Part shown: one piece after another, positions 47,926 through 60,725 of the stretch | How the letters are laid out: the number at the start of each line of letters is the position of its first letter | Position numbering within the stretch: position 1 is the first letter of the stretch | NCBI GenBank assembly: GCA_043228905.1 | Contig: JBHGNT010000018.1 | Location: 3,224,001-3,288,000, forward strand | From: Azolla caroliniana | Taxonomy: Eukaryota > Plantae > Polypodiophyta | Length of the DNA: 64,000 bases | Direction of reading: 5' to 3' | The notes under the pieces: model-generated | Database searches by the model: none | What the model saw: only the letters and a program-made list of their open reading frames with translations | What the model was told of the DNA's origin: nothing | Made by a program: the position numbers and the translations under genes

Positions 47926-49010
47926 TCCTAGGTCTTTGGTGTTCCCTAGCTTTGTGTCCTCTATTTCAATTTCTCTTTCTCTAGTCCATAATCTTGTTTC
48001 TTCTCGAGATCCTAATCTAGTTTAAGATCTCGTTCCTAGTTCTATTATTGACCTAAGGGATCCTGTTATTAGCCCTATTCTTATCCCAAGTTCCCACCTC
48101 TATTCCTTGTTCCATATGCCAAACAAGTTATGTTCTCTTATCTTAGTCCACATTCTTGCCCCTCAACTCCACTTTGAGTTTCCAAAATCCTTGCAAGGAT
48201 TCCTACAACATGGTAAGGAGGACCGTAGACTTCATTATAGGAAAGATGAAGTGAATTTATAGGTTGGTACAAATAAAGCACTTGTGGGGTATGTGAGGTG
48301 TGAGCAAGCCGAAGAACCTTCACATGTGTGGACAACAAAATCATGGGGTCTATTAAATATGATAGATGAGTTACAAGTTGAGTGTTACAACTTACGATCT
48401 ATAATGGAGCCTTCGAATATATTCTAAGACTAGTTCTCATTTCACTATTATATTTGTTACAATCACATGAGCTAGAGTTCCCGTTTAGTTGTTACCACAC
48501 TAATATATTGTACTTTGTTTTCTCCATTGCATGCTTTATCAAAGTATTTGTTTGTGCATCCTCTCTCTTTCATATAACCAAATGCTAATGGGTTGCACGA
48601 ATTGCGGAATTAACCATTTCCATTTGAATTTAAAACTTTGTTTTTATTTATCATGGCCATCTTACCTTAATTTCTTAAGAGCGCCCATTTAATCAACAAG
48701 AGAGCTTGAATTTTACCCTCAAAGAAAGAACACTCTTCGTAAATGCAACATGATGTGTGTTATGCACGTTGAATAAGAATAGTAACTCTATTCAAGGTCA
48801 TATTTATGAATCGTGTAAAATCTAGCAATCCACAAAAATGTTCATGATATCAAGTGAAAGAAGGAACCACATTCGATTAATCCCTAACAGAACCATAAAT
48901 ACAATGAAAAATGTTCAATCCAAACTACAAGTCACAAGCATGAAGGTTAAAGTAACAAAATTAGTAGATGTTATGCTACTTTCAACTACATACAAAAGAG
49001 CTTGTTGTTA

Positions 49011-49252
49011 GAAATGGACACATAGCAAGGGTTAGATCAATGCTGATTATATGAAGATTAGGATAAACAACGTGCCGATTTCATTTGCATGTCAAAGAAT
49101 CACTAGCATTCGTACCATGAGAAACAATGCCCCGAAATGGGCACATATCAAGGGTTAGATCAATGTTGATTATATGAAGACTAGGATAAACAACATGCCG
49201 ATTTCATTTGCGCGTCAAAGAATCACGAGCGTTTGTAGCACGAGAGACAATG
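49011..49252. repeat. Tandem duplication of about 123 bp downstream of the nsLTP gene
   Basis: GAAATGG(A/G)CACATA(G/T)CAAGGGTTAGATCAATG...ACAATG occurs twice. Confidence 0.9.
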
Positions 49253-49599
49253 GGCGCCTTGGAACTCGGGCAACAGACAAAGAAGTAAAAATATTGGAAT
49301 ACTAGAAGAGAAGCAAACAATGAAGACATGGAAAAAAAACAAAAACTAGAGCATATTATTACTAAGAAGAATAACTTATAATGAGAAGAGGATACAACAT
49401 GTCAATGTAAAAACAAAACAAAACGAAGGAGAAGGAGAAGGAGGAAGAGGAAGAGGAGCTTGATAGATATAGTGGTAAGCATTCTAGGAGCATTGATTTA
49501 CTACTGTATGTATTAGGTCATGACTGAAGAATAAAAAGATGGTGATGATGATGATGATATGGCGATGGTGTTGTCAGAGGTTTTTGTAGGGTTACATCT

Positions 49600-50189
49600 C
49601 TAGCCACCGAAACCTGCAAGATGCACAAAAAGTAAAGAAAACAAAAAGAAAAGGGTTTGTTCTTGTGATTTGTGTAATGTGAGAGCATTTTATGTAGTTA
49701 AAAAAGAGCATGATACAATTGAAAGGTGTTAATAGCCTTTAGGTGTAGAGTATAGTAATAATAAACATTACCTGCACAGCGGGTGCCGGGTGGGATCCGG
49801 AGATGGCAGGCGGTGCGGATGGTGCTCGCGGTAGCGGGAGTGATGGCGGAGGCGAGGCCCGAGGAGGCGAGCTGCGAGCAAAGGCACGGGAGCGAGACGG
49901 AGCGGAGCGCAATGCAGCATCCCGAATTCGGAGAAAGAGGAGGAGGAGGAGGCTGATTCTGTGGGTTCCTGGCCCCGCCTCCGGAAGAGAAGGTTCCGCC
50001 GCATGTGCCGATCACGCTCTGGAGCTCATTCCCAATGCATGAAGGAGTAGGGTCATTGGGTCCACTGGCTCCTACAATGGCCACCATCATCACTAGCTGA
50101 AGGAGCATTAGGAAGAATGTGGAGGCCATTGGAGAAGAAGCCATGGAAGGCAACAACATCTTCATCATCCTCACACACTTGCTAGGCAT
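49600..50189 (-). CDS. Non-specific lipid transfer protein / 8-Cys prolamin-fold protein, type-D-like; exons 50189-49772 and 49613-49600
   Basis: Hydrophobic signal peptide (FFLMLLQLVMMVAIVGA). Motif C-x11-C-x27-CC-x9-CLC-x23-C-x9-C. GT-AG intron 4 nt after the last Cys codon gives ...RCAGFGG*. No GPI tail. The start codon could be a downstream Met. Confidence 0.88.
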
Positions 50190-50244
50190 GGATGGGACCA
50201 ACTCACAACCTTTGTTTATCACCTTGGGGTGGTGGCATTGTCTT

Positions 50245-50253
50245 CATTTATAG
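50245..50253 (-). promoter_or_regulatory. Putative TATA box of the nsLTP gene
   Basis: CTATAAATG on the minus strand about 60 bp upstream of the first ATG. Confidence 0.55.
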
Positions 50254-50470
50254 TCTTTTTGTGTATGTGTTGAAACGGGTGTTTGTGGGTGGTTGAGTCT
50301 CTTGTTATTCCTTTCTTACCTCAACTTTACTCTCTTGGAGACTTTCCTTTACTTAACCCACATTTCCACCTACCCACCTTTTGTTTCTTTTGGCCTAGGT
50401 TTATATTGTATACATGCACAACGCACAAACCCATGTGTGTGTGTTTGTGTGTCTCGGTCGTGCATGTACC

Positions 50471-50471
<1 letters not shown>

Positions 50472-50529
<58 letters not shown>
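50472..50529. repeat. (TG)n microsatellite
   Basis: Pure TG run; a similar run lies at ~45274-45314. Confidence 0.95.
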
Positions 50530-50532
<3 letters not shown>

Positions 50533-50937
50533 AGTGTTTGTGTTTGTATGTCTCAGTTTGTTTTCGTCCCTTGTTTATTTTGCGTATGTGTGCATGTGTG
50601 CAAACTTGTATGAATGTGCCCCGTGTGGCATATTGTCGAGAGAGGGCTTGTCATCGGATGCCATCAGGGTGTGTCTTGCAACTACCACATTAAAAGGGTC
50701 AATGACAAGTCAATAATTTTCATCTCATAAATGAGCCTTTTTTTCGTCTTTCTTGCTTGTTGATATATTTTGAATGCCCCACGTAAAACTTATTACGAGA
50801 CGGAATGTTGCTTGCACATATGCATGGTCTTCTTAAAGATAGAAAACTTGCAAATGTAGCATATATTGTGTGGATTAGATCATTTAACTTTGCAATAGGA
50901 TTTATGACTAACGATGTTGTGCCCAACAAGATGTTCA

Positions 50938-51126
50938 TGCAAACTCAATAAGTGTTCATAAGAAATGTGTGAGAGACCATAAGGTCTTGGGTTCAAGCCC
51001 TGCATTCCACAGTGGCATTTAATTTATAGCAAATTAAGAGGATATGTAGGGAGTAATTGAGAGGTGAGAAAATTTGGGTCTCGAACTAACAATCTAGTGT
51101 AACAACTTACCACTAGGGTAAGGCTA
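50938..51126 (+). mobile_element. tRNA-derived short interspersed element, copy 1 (degenerate)
   Basis: GGGTTCAAGCCC (B-box-like), ATTCCACAGTGGCAT and ACTTACCACTAGGGTAAG(G)CTA are shared with 52294-52479 in inverted orientation. Confidence 0.6.
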
Positions 51127-52293
51127 TTATAATATTTTCGCATCACACTAGAAAATTATAATTCAGAAAATTGAAAGTATAAGTATTCCACAACATATAA
51201 ACAAAACAAAACTTTTGTAAGCTGATATGTCATTAACATGCATCGTGCAATTTAGATTGCCATTATACTTCAACAAATATGCTTCAAATGCTAACTAGTA
51301 ATGGATGTAGATTTACATCTTGTGTGTGATACAAAATCGTATAAGTATTCAACGTTAAACATGTGTAGTCCGTCAAAAGTCAAGCATAAGACAATTATTA
51401 TATTAGTGTAAGTTTACTTTCAAAGACATTTTAGTCACTTTGGCTCATTAAACTTTTCATTTCAATCACATTTCTTGGGCTTTCAAATGGTTTGACATCG
51501 AGTGAAAAAGGAAAAAATTTCCAAATAATTTTTATTTCTTGTTTGGTTTTATAGGCCATGTTGATCTCTTCAAAGACATTAATATATCCTTCTTTCGTGC
51601 TTGCTTGATTTCCAAGACTTAGGTATTTTAAATATGTGGCACATAAAATCTTGCTTTCTTTCTAAGACTTCAATATTTTAAAGCTATGGCACATACGAAT
51701 TGCCATGCATGTTCCATTCAAATGTCGAACCACATTCGAGTTCGCTTCTGTAGAGTACCAATAGTTATTTATGTTTTCTGGAGGATTTTTGTGTAAGCTT
51801 AGATATTGCTTGTCATATCTTATATATAAGATCTTACATCTCACAATCATATATCTAAGGGAGCTTAAATCATGTTTCACGTGGGGAAAGGAGAGGGGGA
51901 GTTACACATCCATGCCATGCTTTTCATTATGTTTTGACATAGCCTACTTCGTGCATTAGACAACGGAAATCTATCTATGTCACAGGGAAACGAGAAGTCG
52001 GACATGTTTGTTGGAGTCCATTTTCCAAGAGGCTACAAGGCTCTCCATTGACACAAAATATAATCTTAAGGTTAAAATAGTGAAGATGGGGAAGGAATGC
52101 AAGCTATGGCGAATAATGTTGTTGGGTGTCGAATGGAGGGAGTATCTTATATTCCGAAGAGTTAACAATGAATATTAAAAATAGTGAAGGGGTGTTGAAG
52201 ATCGATGTTGTTCGTTTGTCGATTATGGAGTGTGTGGCCAATTCAATATCTTTTTCTTTCTTGTTAATATATCTTTCTCTCTCTCTTCATAAT

Positions 52294-52479
52294 TAGCTTA
52301 CCCTAGTGGTAAGTCGATAACACTACAAGCACCGTGTCTTGGGTTTAAAACCCAATTTCCTCACTTCTCTATTATATACTTCATATATATCTCTATTTCA
52401 CTAGATGCCACTGTGGAATATAGGGGTTGAACCCATGACCACCTGGTCTCCATTGGGCAACCTTACCAACTGAGCTACA
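52294..52479 (-). mobile_element. tRNA-derived short interspersed element, copy 2
   Basis: Minus strand reads TAGCTCAGTTGG (A box) ... GGGTTCAACCCC (B box). Possible TTCATA flanking repeat. Confidence 0.65.
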
Positions 52480-52836
52480 TTCATATGGGCTCTCTCTCTC
52501 TCTGTGTCTATCTCAATCTATCAATGTTGTCTATGTTAATGTGTGTGTCTCTGTTTGTGTTTGCGTCTATTTGTATCTCTCTCTCTCTCTCTCTCTCTCA
52601 GTGTCACATCTATATGATAGTACTATGTGTTCAAGAGCGAATACCAAGCATTCTTATCGTGAGATGAGAGTTGTGTGTGTGGACCCAAGAAGAAGAAAGC
52701 TAAGGGGTAGAGACTAGAGCAGAATCTTTTACAATAACCTTACGACATATACATATATACATATAATATACATAATACATCATAGTAAATACATATGATA
52801 TATATACATATGCAGGGAACAAAAGATTTGAAGTTC

Positions 52837-53112
52837 CATAGTACGTAAAATTCGTGTTCGTCTAGCATAACATTCGTTTTCCTACGTTGAGAAACGAAGG
52901 CGAATGTTATACAAACATTCGTGTGATTTTATTTTTTGTTTTTCCCCCCTTTTTTTAAGGTTTTTGTTTTGTTTTGTTTTTTTCCCCTTTTTTTAGGTTT
53001 ATTTACCTCAGAATACATAGTTAATCCAAAAAGTATGGTATTTATCATCCTTTGATGGTGTTTAACATTCGCGAATGCGAATGCGCGTATGGTAAGTATG
53101 GCTCGTACTATG
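52837..53112 (+). mobile_element. hAT-family MITE (~276 bp)
   Basis: TIRs CATAGTACG...CGTACTATG. Both subterminal regions resemble the ends of the 9883-25724 hAT. No clean TSD. Confidence 0.85.
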
Positions 53113-54365
53113 AGTTACTGCTAGAAACAAGACATTCCATAGACAGAGACAGAGACAGAGACAGAGAGTAGAAGAAGAAGGAACAGAGCATGCGGATCCG
53201 AACAGTGAAGGCGCCTCTCCGATCACGTCGCAGCAATGCAGCAATGCAGCAGAGCTGGAATATAAATGGAAGCCACGAAGAAAAGAATGAAAAGATCAGA
53301 CTGCCTGCCACTCTCAGACACCAGAATCTGTGCTTCCTCCCTCCCTCATCCATCCATCCATGGCCAAATCCTCGTTTGTGCAAGAAGAATGCAGCAACAA
53401 CGGTGAAGCTGCGGTTGATCGCATCAATGGTACTCATGCATTCCACAGCGATAGCAGTGATAAGAAGAATTATAAGAGAAGCTCTGTTGTGGCTCGCTTG
53501 ATCGATGCTTTCGAGAGAGCTGTGATTTGCTCTTGCTACCCTGATGCTTCTAAACCTCTCCACTTCCTTCAAGGCAACTATGCACCTGTTCCTGAGCAGA
53601 AAGCTCCCACACCTTACCTCCCTGTCACTGGAACCATACCGGTACATGTCACACACCTCTCTCTCTCTCTCTATTTAATCTGTTTTTTTTCTTTCTATTA
53701 TTCATATTTTCTCTATTCATTTTATTTTTCTGTTTATCCGAAGTCCCTTCATGGTCTATGCTGGTATCAAGAAGCTCTCTTTTTGCAGCATTGTTTTACA
53801 AGTTTCATCATGCTTTGGTGTTTTGTTTTGTATTGCATCACTCCTCTGTCCATGTTTCATCATGTTTGGGTGTATGTCCTAAGTATGTTTCAAAATGCTA
53901 TAAACTTTACTTTGTCACGCACTGTGAATCATAAGTTTACCTCATCATTCATGTGGTTCCCTTGTTAGGCACATCATATAATGTCTCATGTTCTAACTCC
54001 TAGCATGTGATATGCCCATAAATCCAGAATTTTGCAAAGTTTCGTTACTTGCCTATGTTTCCCTAAGGATATTTCTTTCAACAATGTTCACTTCATCACA
54101 GACAATAATGTCCTACCTCTGTTTTGATTTAATTTCCTTTGGGTCTATCTTGTCTTCTATCTCCTCCTTGGAGAAAATTCCGAACTTTAGAAATCCATTT
54201 CTTGCTTTTTTGTGTTTTATTTTAAGAGCTGCTTGAATGGTGAATTTGTTCGCATTGGACCCAACGGGAAGCACAAACCTTCCGCAAGATATCATTGGTA
54301 TAACCGATTATGGTCCTTCATATTTGATGTTGAAAAAGTGCCATGGCCTTACAACTGCTTGAAAC

Positions 54366-56520
54366 TGTTGATCTGCCGACAGCCGACTGCTGTACCCGGC
54401 AGGCACAATAGGTCGAATGTTCTTACTGGAATGTCCTATCAAGATGATTGTGGTAGGCAATGAATAGACGAACTAGTCGGTGATTAGAAATTGGGCTAAG
54501 TAACCATGATCGACTATTGGTCTTAATATAATTACTCAGTAAGCACAGGAATTCAGAGATCGATACTGAAGATAACAATAAACAGAGACACTGTCAACAC
54601 AGAGATATTCTAACCACTAAAATATATTAATTCTAAAATAGAACGATAGATTTACAATGCTTTCGGTCCTTCTTTTATAGGTAAAACCAAGAGTCTCATT
54701 TCAAGATTACACTTGCCCTTGTTTGGCAAGAACTATCACAAAGTTGTCCTAACTAATTCTAATACATATTTTTACTACTTGGCAAAAATTCGTAAATGCT
54801 GACTCATTGATCTGCTACGACGATCCGACTCCGACTCCTTCGTACTTCCAAACATTGTTGACTCCAACCCTTTCACACTTGTCCGACTCCGACCTTCCGA
54901 CCTTGTAGCCGATCGGCTCACACTTGGCATGCTCGTGGGACAGTGCCTTGCACGGTCGAACCCCTCGTCCTTGCTTACTCCTGGTGCCTTGTGGTTTCAG
55001 GGTCATCACCGTCATCGTCATCTTCTTCGTCATCATGTAGAATGTCGAACAATGATGGTTCTTCTTCAATCCTTTGTTTGGTGTCGGTTGCGTGTGCTTC
55101 CTTGTCCTGTCTTGCTGCGTCTGCGTCTGCGTCCTCTGCTTGTGGCTGGTCCGCAGAAGATCCTAGTTTGGCATTCTGCTGCCGGCGTTGTCTTTCGTAA
55201 CCATCCAAGCATACCGCTGTGTCGATGTCATGGGCATCAAATTCCTCCATTAAATGGGTGATCTCTTCCCTGTGAATGGCTGTGAGTTCATACAAGTCTC
55301 GAGCGAGGTCTTCTTGAACGGGTGTAATGGCTTCATCGGTCATCTTGAAGAATCCTACGCCCTGTTTTGTGCGATTATCCCTGTTGGCGCATAATAATTG
55401 CAATTCTGCTGCCTACGCCGACCAGGTCTTCCAGCCTTTGTCGAGGGTATCGGCCACCAGCTTCAGCGTTTTTTGCTTGTGAGCCTGTAAGATCTGTCGA
55501 ACTTTGTCTTCACCCATACTGACCTTATACTGCCAACCCTTGTTCAGTCTTTAACTTGGCTTCGACAACCAGTAATGCCAGATGTTTTTCGTCATATTTG
55601 ACTTCGAGTTGTGCACAAATCCTCGGTAATTCTGTATTTGCCGACTCAAGTCTTTCCTTTTGCTGTTCGTACGCCATCTGCATTTCAGATTTCTGGAGTA
55701 CTACCTCGGACATTTGATCTGCAAAATATTCCTCCTGAAATCGGATATACTCCTCTAATTCTTGCACTTTTTCTTCTTCTGCTGTCGTCGCCTCCCGCTG
55801 TCGCTCAAGCATCTTCTTTAACTCTTGAATTGCATTGTCCTTGTGATCCACAATGCTCCTATCCTGGTCTTGGCAAGTTCAATGCGGTCTTCCATCTTTT
55901 TCACATTCTCCTCGGCCTTGGCAGCTTTATCGTTTGCCTCTTTGATCTTCTTCTCTGTCTCGCGCAGCTGATCCCACAGTTGTTGATCAGGTACATGTGG
56001 AATGCCAGCGAAGTCACAGTGCTGCATATGGTCTTCGGCCTGCTCTACCTTTTCCTCTGCTTGTCGGAGCCTCTCCAATAGTTCGGCGTTGTCCTTCGTA
56101 GCTCTCGAATACTGATCATGTAATCAATCAGCTGCCGCCTTGGCCTTGTTGTACGCTTCGGCCATGTCCTATGCGGCCTTTTTCGTTCTCACATATTCTC
56201 GATGGATTTCTACTAGAGCCGTGTTCAATGGAGGCATCTGAATTGCCTCTCCCCTATACTTGGCAGTCCTTTGTCGGCCGTTTCGATCCAACTCCGGTTG
56301 TTCCTCTGGCTCGATTGCGCCGATCATGGCCTTTTGAATCATGATTCGATCCTTGTCTTCTTGGGCCAGCATGTCAGACGCATACTGCAATCTATGAGCC
56401 AGCCATTCCACAAGTTCGAAAGATGTTCCAAACTGTAGAATTGCTGCTAATTCATGTGCTGCCCGCGGTAACGCTGGTAGTTCCAGTACCTCATTTGGGG
56501 ACATCGAGGAAGATTTCTGC
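54366..56520 (-). mobile_element. Truncated retroelement-like insert: putative LTR ~54366-54940 plus a decayed coiled-coil ORF 54975-56504
   Basis: Composition differs from the surrounding intron. TG/CA-bounded segment with a TATA-like motif. Four consecutive minus-strand ORFs are E/K/Q/A-rich. No RT or IN motifs, so the class is inferred. Confidence 0.55.
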
Positions 56521-58838
56521 CGTAGGTAAAAAATTTATTTGGTGCGTAGATGTTATAAGAGTTTTGGAGAATGGAAACCTTCAAACAATTGGGCTTATGG
56601 ACTATGAAAAGCGGTTAACACATCCATTCACAGCCCATCCAAAAGTCGATCCAGTTACGGGTACTTTGCGGAAGAATACCATGAAGTGTTAATGCCTGCA
56701 AGTGCTTGAGCTAGGCATTCAATATGATCATCATTGGAAATATTTTGGCCATTGCCATGAGAATGCAAGTTATGATTTTACCATGTAACACATGAAATTA
56801 CAGGTTTTGATCTATGAGAGATTAAAGTGTGATATTTAGTCATTAATGGTAAATTAATTGCATAGGACCCCCCCCTTGCCCCCTTTCTTTTCATATCAAG
56901 TGAAATTGTTTATTGTCCAATGAATATAGGTGAGTGGCATGTATTTTCATGGAGCTCACAGTTCCTGGTTCTGCAATATGTTGACCAACAATGATTCCAT
57001 GTTGTATTTTCTTTCTTATCTCAGGGGAGTTGTTCACATTTTTCTACCAGTGGCAACCTCCATATTGTACCTATAGAGTGGTATTGAAAGATGGGGTTAT
57101 GCAAAATGAAGTCAACATAATAGTGTCAGGACCAGTCATGATGCACGACTTTGCCATTACGGAACATTACGTGATATTCATGGATATGCCTCTTTATTTC
57201 AAACCAAAGGTGAAAATATACTTCTTTATTTCATCTAGTCATTCAATATATTATGATTATTCTCCTTTTCTATTTGTCTGTATTTTGGGTCAAAACAATG
57301 GGAAATTTTGTCACTGATAATGGTACAGGAAATGATCAAAGGAAATCCGGCAATTGTCTTTGATGGTTCAAAACCTGCAAGGATAGGAATTCTTCCATGG
57401 TATGCCCAAAATGAATCTGCAATCAAGTGGTTTGAGCTACCCACATGCTATGCATTTCACAGTGGTAAATTATTCATCTCATCTAAACTAGTGATTTGTT
57501 GTTGCTTTTACTCACATATCATGTGTCCATGCATGTTTCTTATATAATTTGTGTTGATATTTTTGGCTCTATGAAATTCCTCTACTAAGAGCCACCGTCT
57601 ACATGCAACCAAGCTTGGGATATAGATTGTCAAAATAAGATGCTAAATATTCTAGACTTGCATAAACTTAGGGCATAAAAGACAAGTATAAAGTTTCACT
57701 GGTTATCCACAAGAAAATGCAAACTTCGATTGTTGGCTAGATATTCTTAAAATCTACAATGCTATTTGAGGAACGTTTACTTTAACATAAAAAGAGTTGT
57801 TTTTGATTTTTTGTTCTGGGTTAAGATGATTTTAAAACTTGTGATTCTCATGAGAAATCAGTTTCTGTATAGAGAGAATAATCCATAAGATTTGACATTG
57901 TGGAATTCATTGTGCATCGAATTCAGTCAATGTGTGGGAAGAAGGTGATGATGATGTGGTTCTATACACGTGCCGCCTACCAGAGATTGACTTCGAACGT
58001 TTTGTTGGACCTGTCAAGAAGAGTTTAAAGCCATCTATCACACAACTGTAAGTGTTTTTAAATTAATATTTTCATCTATAAGGGAAATGCTATTGTTTTG
58101 AACGATTGGGCTATGGGAAAAATGTCAATGCTTATTTTGTTGGAGCAAATGGTTTGGTGCATATACGAAGAGTTGTAATGAACACAACATCAAACTCATT
58201 CCTTGAGACTTAATAAAACCACAACTTTAATGTTGCAAAGCACAAACTTTATCATTACACGGTCATGTTTATACATTTGAATTGTAGAACCTTATAAAGA
58301 TAAGTTTGTGAATGCATATCTTAAAACCTCTGTTATGATGTATAAGGCAATGCGTTTTACATAATGCTTTGCCACTTAATGTATTGTTGATTGATGTATT
58401 TAATGTTTCTCTAGTATTGTTTTGGGTTGTTTTTACTACTCATTTATCAAACCAGCTTAGGTTTCGATTGGAACTAATATGAAGACTGGTGAGGCATCAC
58501 AAAAACAACTATCTTTGGGATCATTCGAATTCCCTCCAGTGGATGAGAAGTACATAGGGAGGTAATTAGAAGTATATTTGTTTACTAGGAGAGGTGTGAG
58601 GAGACTTATGCGAGCATTGCAAATTTGAAGGCTCTTGCTTGTATTATTAACTCCAGAAAGAAACAATTTGCATATTGCACTATGTTTGATGACAATATGC
58701 GATTGATTGGCCTCGCGAAATTCAACCTTTGGAAGGAGCCACAACTTGAGGGAAAAGGGAAGATTGAAGTGGGTGGGAATGTGGAAGGTGTGATTTTGTT
58801 TGGACACGGAAGATGTGGATCCGAAGCTATGTTCATAC

Positions 58839-60725
58839 TATAGTACGTAAAATTCGTGTTCGTCTGCCATATCATTCGTTTTCATACGTTGGAAAACGAA
58901 CACGAATGATATGCAAATATTCGTGTGTTTTTTTTTTTTCATTTTTTTTCATTTTTTTTTCAATTTTTTTCAAAATTTCCCTCTTTTCTCCCTTTTCCTC
59001 TGCACTAACGTTACGCTCTCTTCTCCTCTACAACCTAGCCTCAAACGATTTGCGATTCTGCAGAGTGCATTCAACCTTCAGGTATATTTAGTGTAGAAAT
59101 ATGGTTTTAATTTCAGTGATGAAATTTCTGTGCTGAAAAATCAGAAATTTCTGTGCTAAAAAATCAGAAATTTTTGTGATGAAATTTCATCAACGAAATT
59201 TCAGTGATGATTGAAATTTCTTAAATTTCAATCAAATTTTCTGAAATTTCAATCATCACTGAAATTTCAGAAATTTTGATTGAAATTTCTGTGATGAAAT
59301 TTCATCGTGAAATTTCTGAAATTTCTGTGATGAAATTTCATCTTTCAGAAATTTCACGATGAAATTTCATCACAGAAATTTCTGAAATTTCAATCAAAAT
59401 TTCTGAAATTTCAGTGATGATTGAAATTTCAGAAATTTTGAAATTTTTTGGAGACTAGGCATTTTGGGTAGTTGTTATTAGAATTTACGAAAAAAAGCAT
59501 ATTGTTATTAAGAAGGTAATATGTTTTTTTTTTGCAATTTTTAAAATTTTTTTTCCGTGAAAAAATGTTTACCTTATAGTAAACCATTTATCCAAAAGTA
59601 TGGTATGAACCATGCGTACCATTCCGTGCATTCGTGTTCTCGAATGATTCAATCATTCGAGAATGATAAACACTCTCGAAGAATGATAAATACCATACTT
59701 TTGGATAAATGGTTTACTATAAGGTAAACATTTTTTCACGGAAAAAAATTTTTAAAAATTGCAAAAAAAAAACATATTACCTTCTTAATAACAATATGCT
59801 TTTTTTCGTAAATTCTAATAACAACTACCCAAAATGCCTAGTCTCCAAAAAAATCCTCAATGAGGTGTTACATCAAAACGAGCATTCCTAATCTTCATTC
59901 AAGGTGATATCATCATCTTCAAAATCATCATCCTCAAAATCATCATCCTCATCTTGTGCATTATCATCAATATAAGACATCACATTGGTGAGGCTCTCAT
60001 TTTCATCAACTTCTTGTGCTTCTTGTTCACTTTGCAACACCAATAATCGTTCTTCATCATTTTCTTTCTCTATCATGTCAATAGTAACCTCAATAGGATT
60101 GAAACCTCTTTCTTTAATCCTCCTAAGAATACGAAGATTTGTGTGCAAAAAAACCAATTTTTGCACATGATTTGAACTCAATCTATTTCTCCTTTTAGTA
60201 TGTATTAATGAAAATGTACTTCAATCATCACTGAAATTTCAGAAATTTTGATTGAAATTTCTGAAATTTCTATGATCACAGAAATTTCAATCAAAATTTC
60301 TGAAATTTCAGTGATGATTGAAATTTCAGAAAATTTGATTGAAATTTCAGAAATTTCAATCATCACAGAAATTTCGTTGATGAAATTTCGTGATGAAATT
60401 TCTGATTTTTTAGCACAGAAATTTCATCACTGAAATTAAAACCATATTTCTACACTAAATATACCTGAAGGTTGAATGCACTCTGCAAAATCGCAAATCG
60501 TTTGAGGCTAGGTTGTAGAGGAGAAGAGAGCGTAACGTTAGTGCAGAGGAAAAGGGAGAAAAGAGGGAAAATTTGAAAAAAAATGAAAAAAAAATGAAAA
60601 AAAATGAAAAAAAAAAACGAAAAAAAAATAAAAAAACACACGAATATTTGCATATCATTCGTGTTCGTTTTCCAACTTATGAAAACGAATGATATGGCAG
60701 ACGAACACGAATTTTACGTACTATG
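58839..60725. mobile_element. Composite fold-back hAT derivative in a CCD1 exon
   Basis: Perfect 8-bp TSD GTTCATAC. About 455-bp inverted arms, an inner inverted repeat 59444-59606 / 59690-59854, and a transposase C-terminal fragment 59888-60220 nearly identical to 10168-10485. Confidence 0.95.

Noticed and set aside
50283-50716. Cys/Val-rich ORFs
   Set aside because: They are translations of the (TG)n microsatellite.
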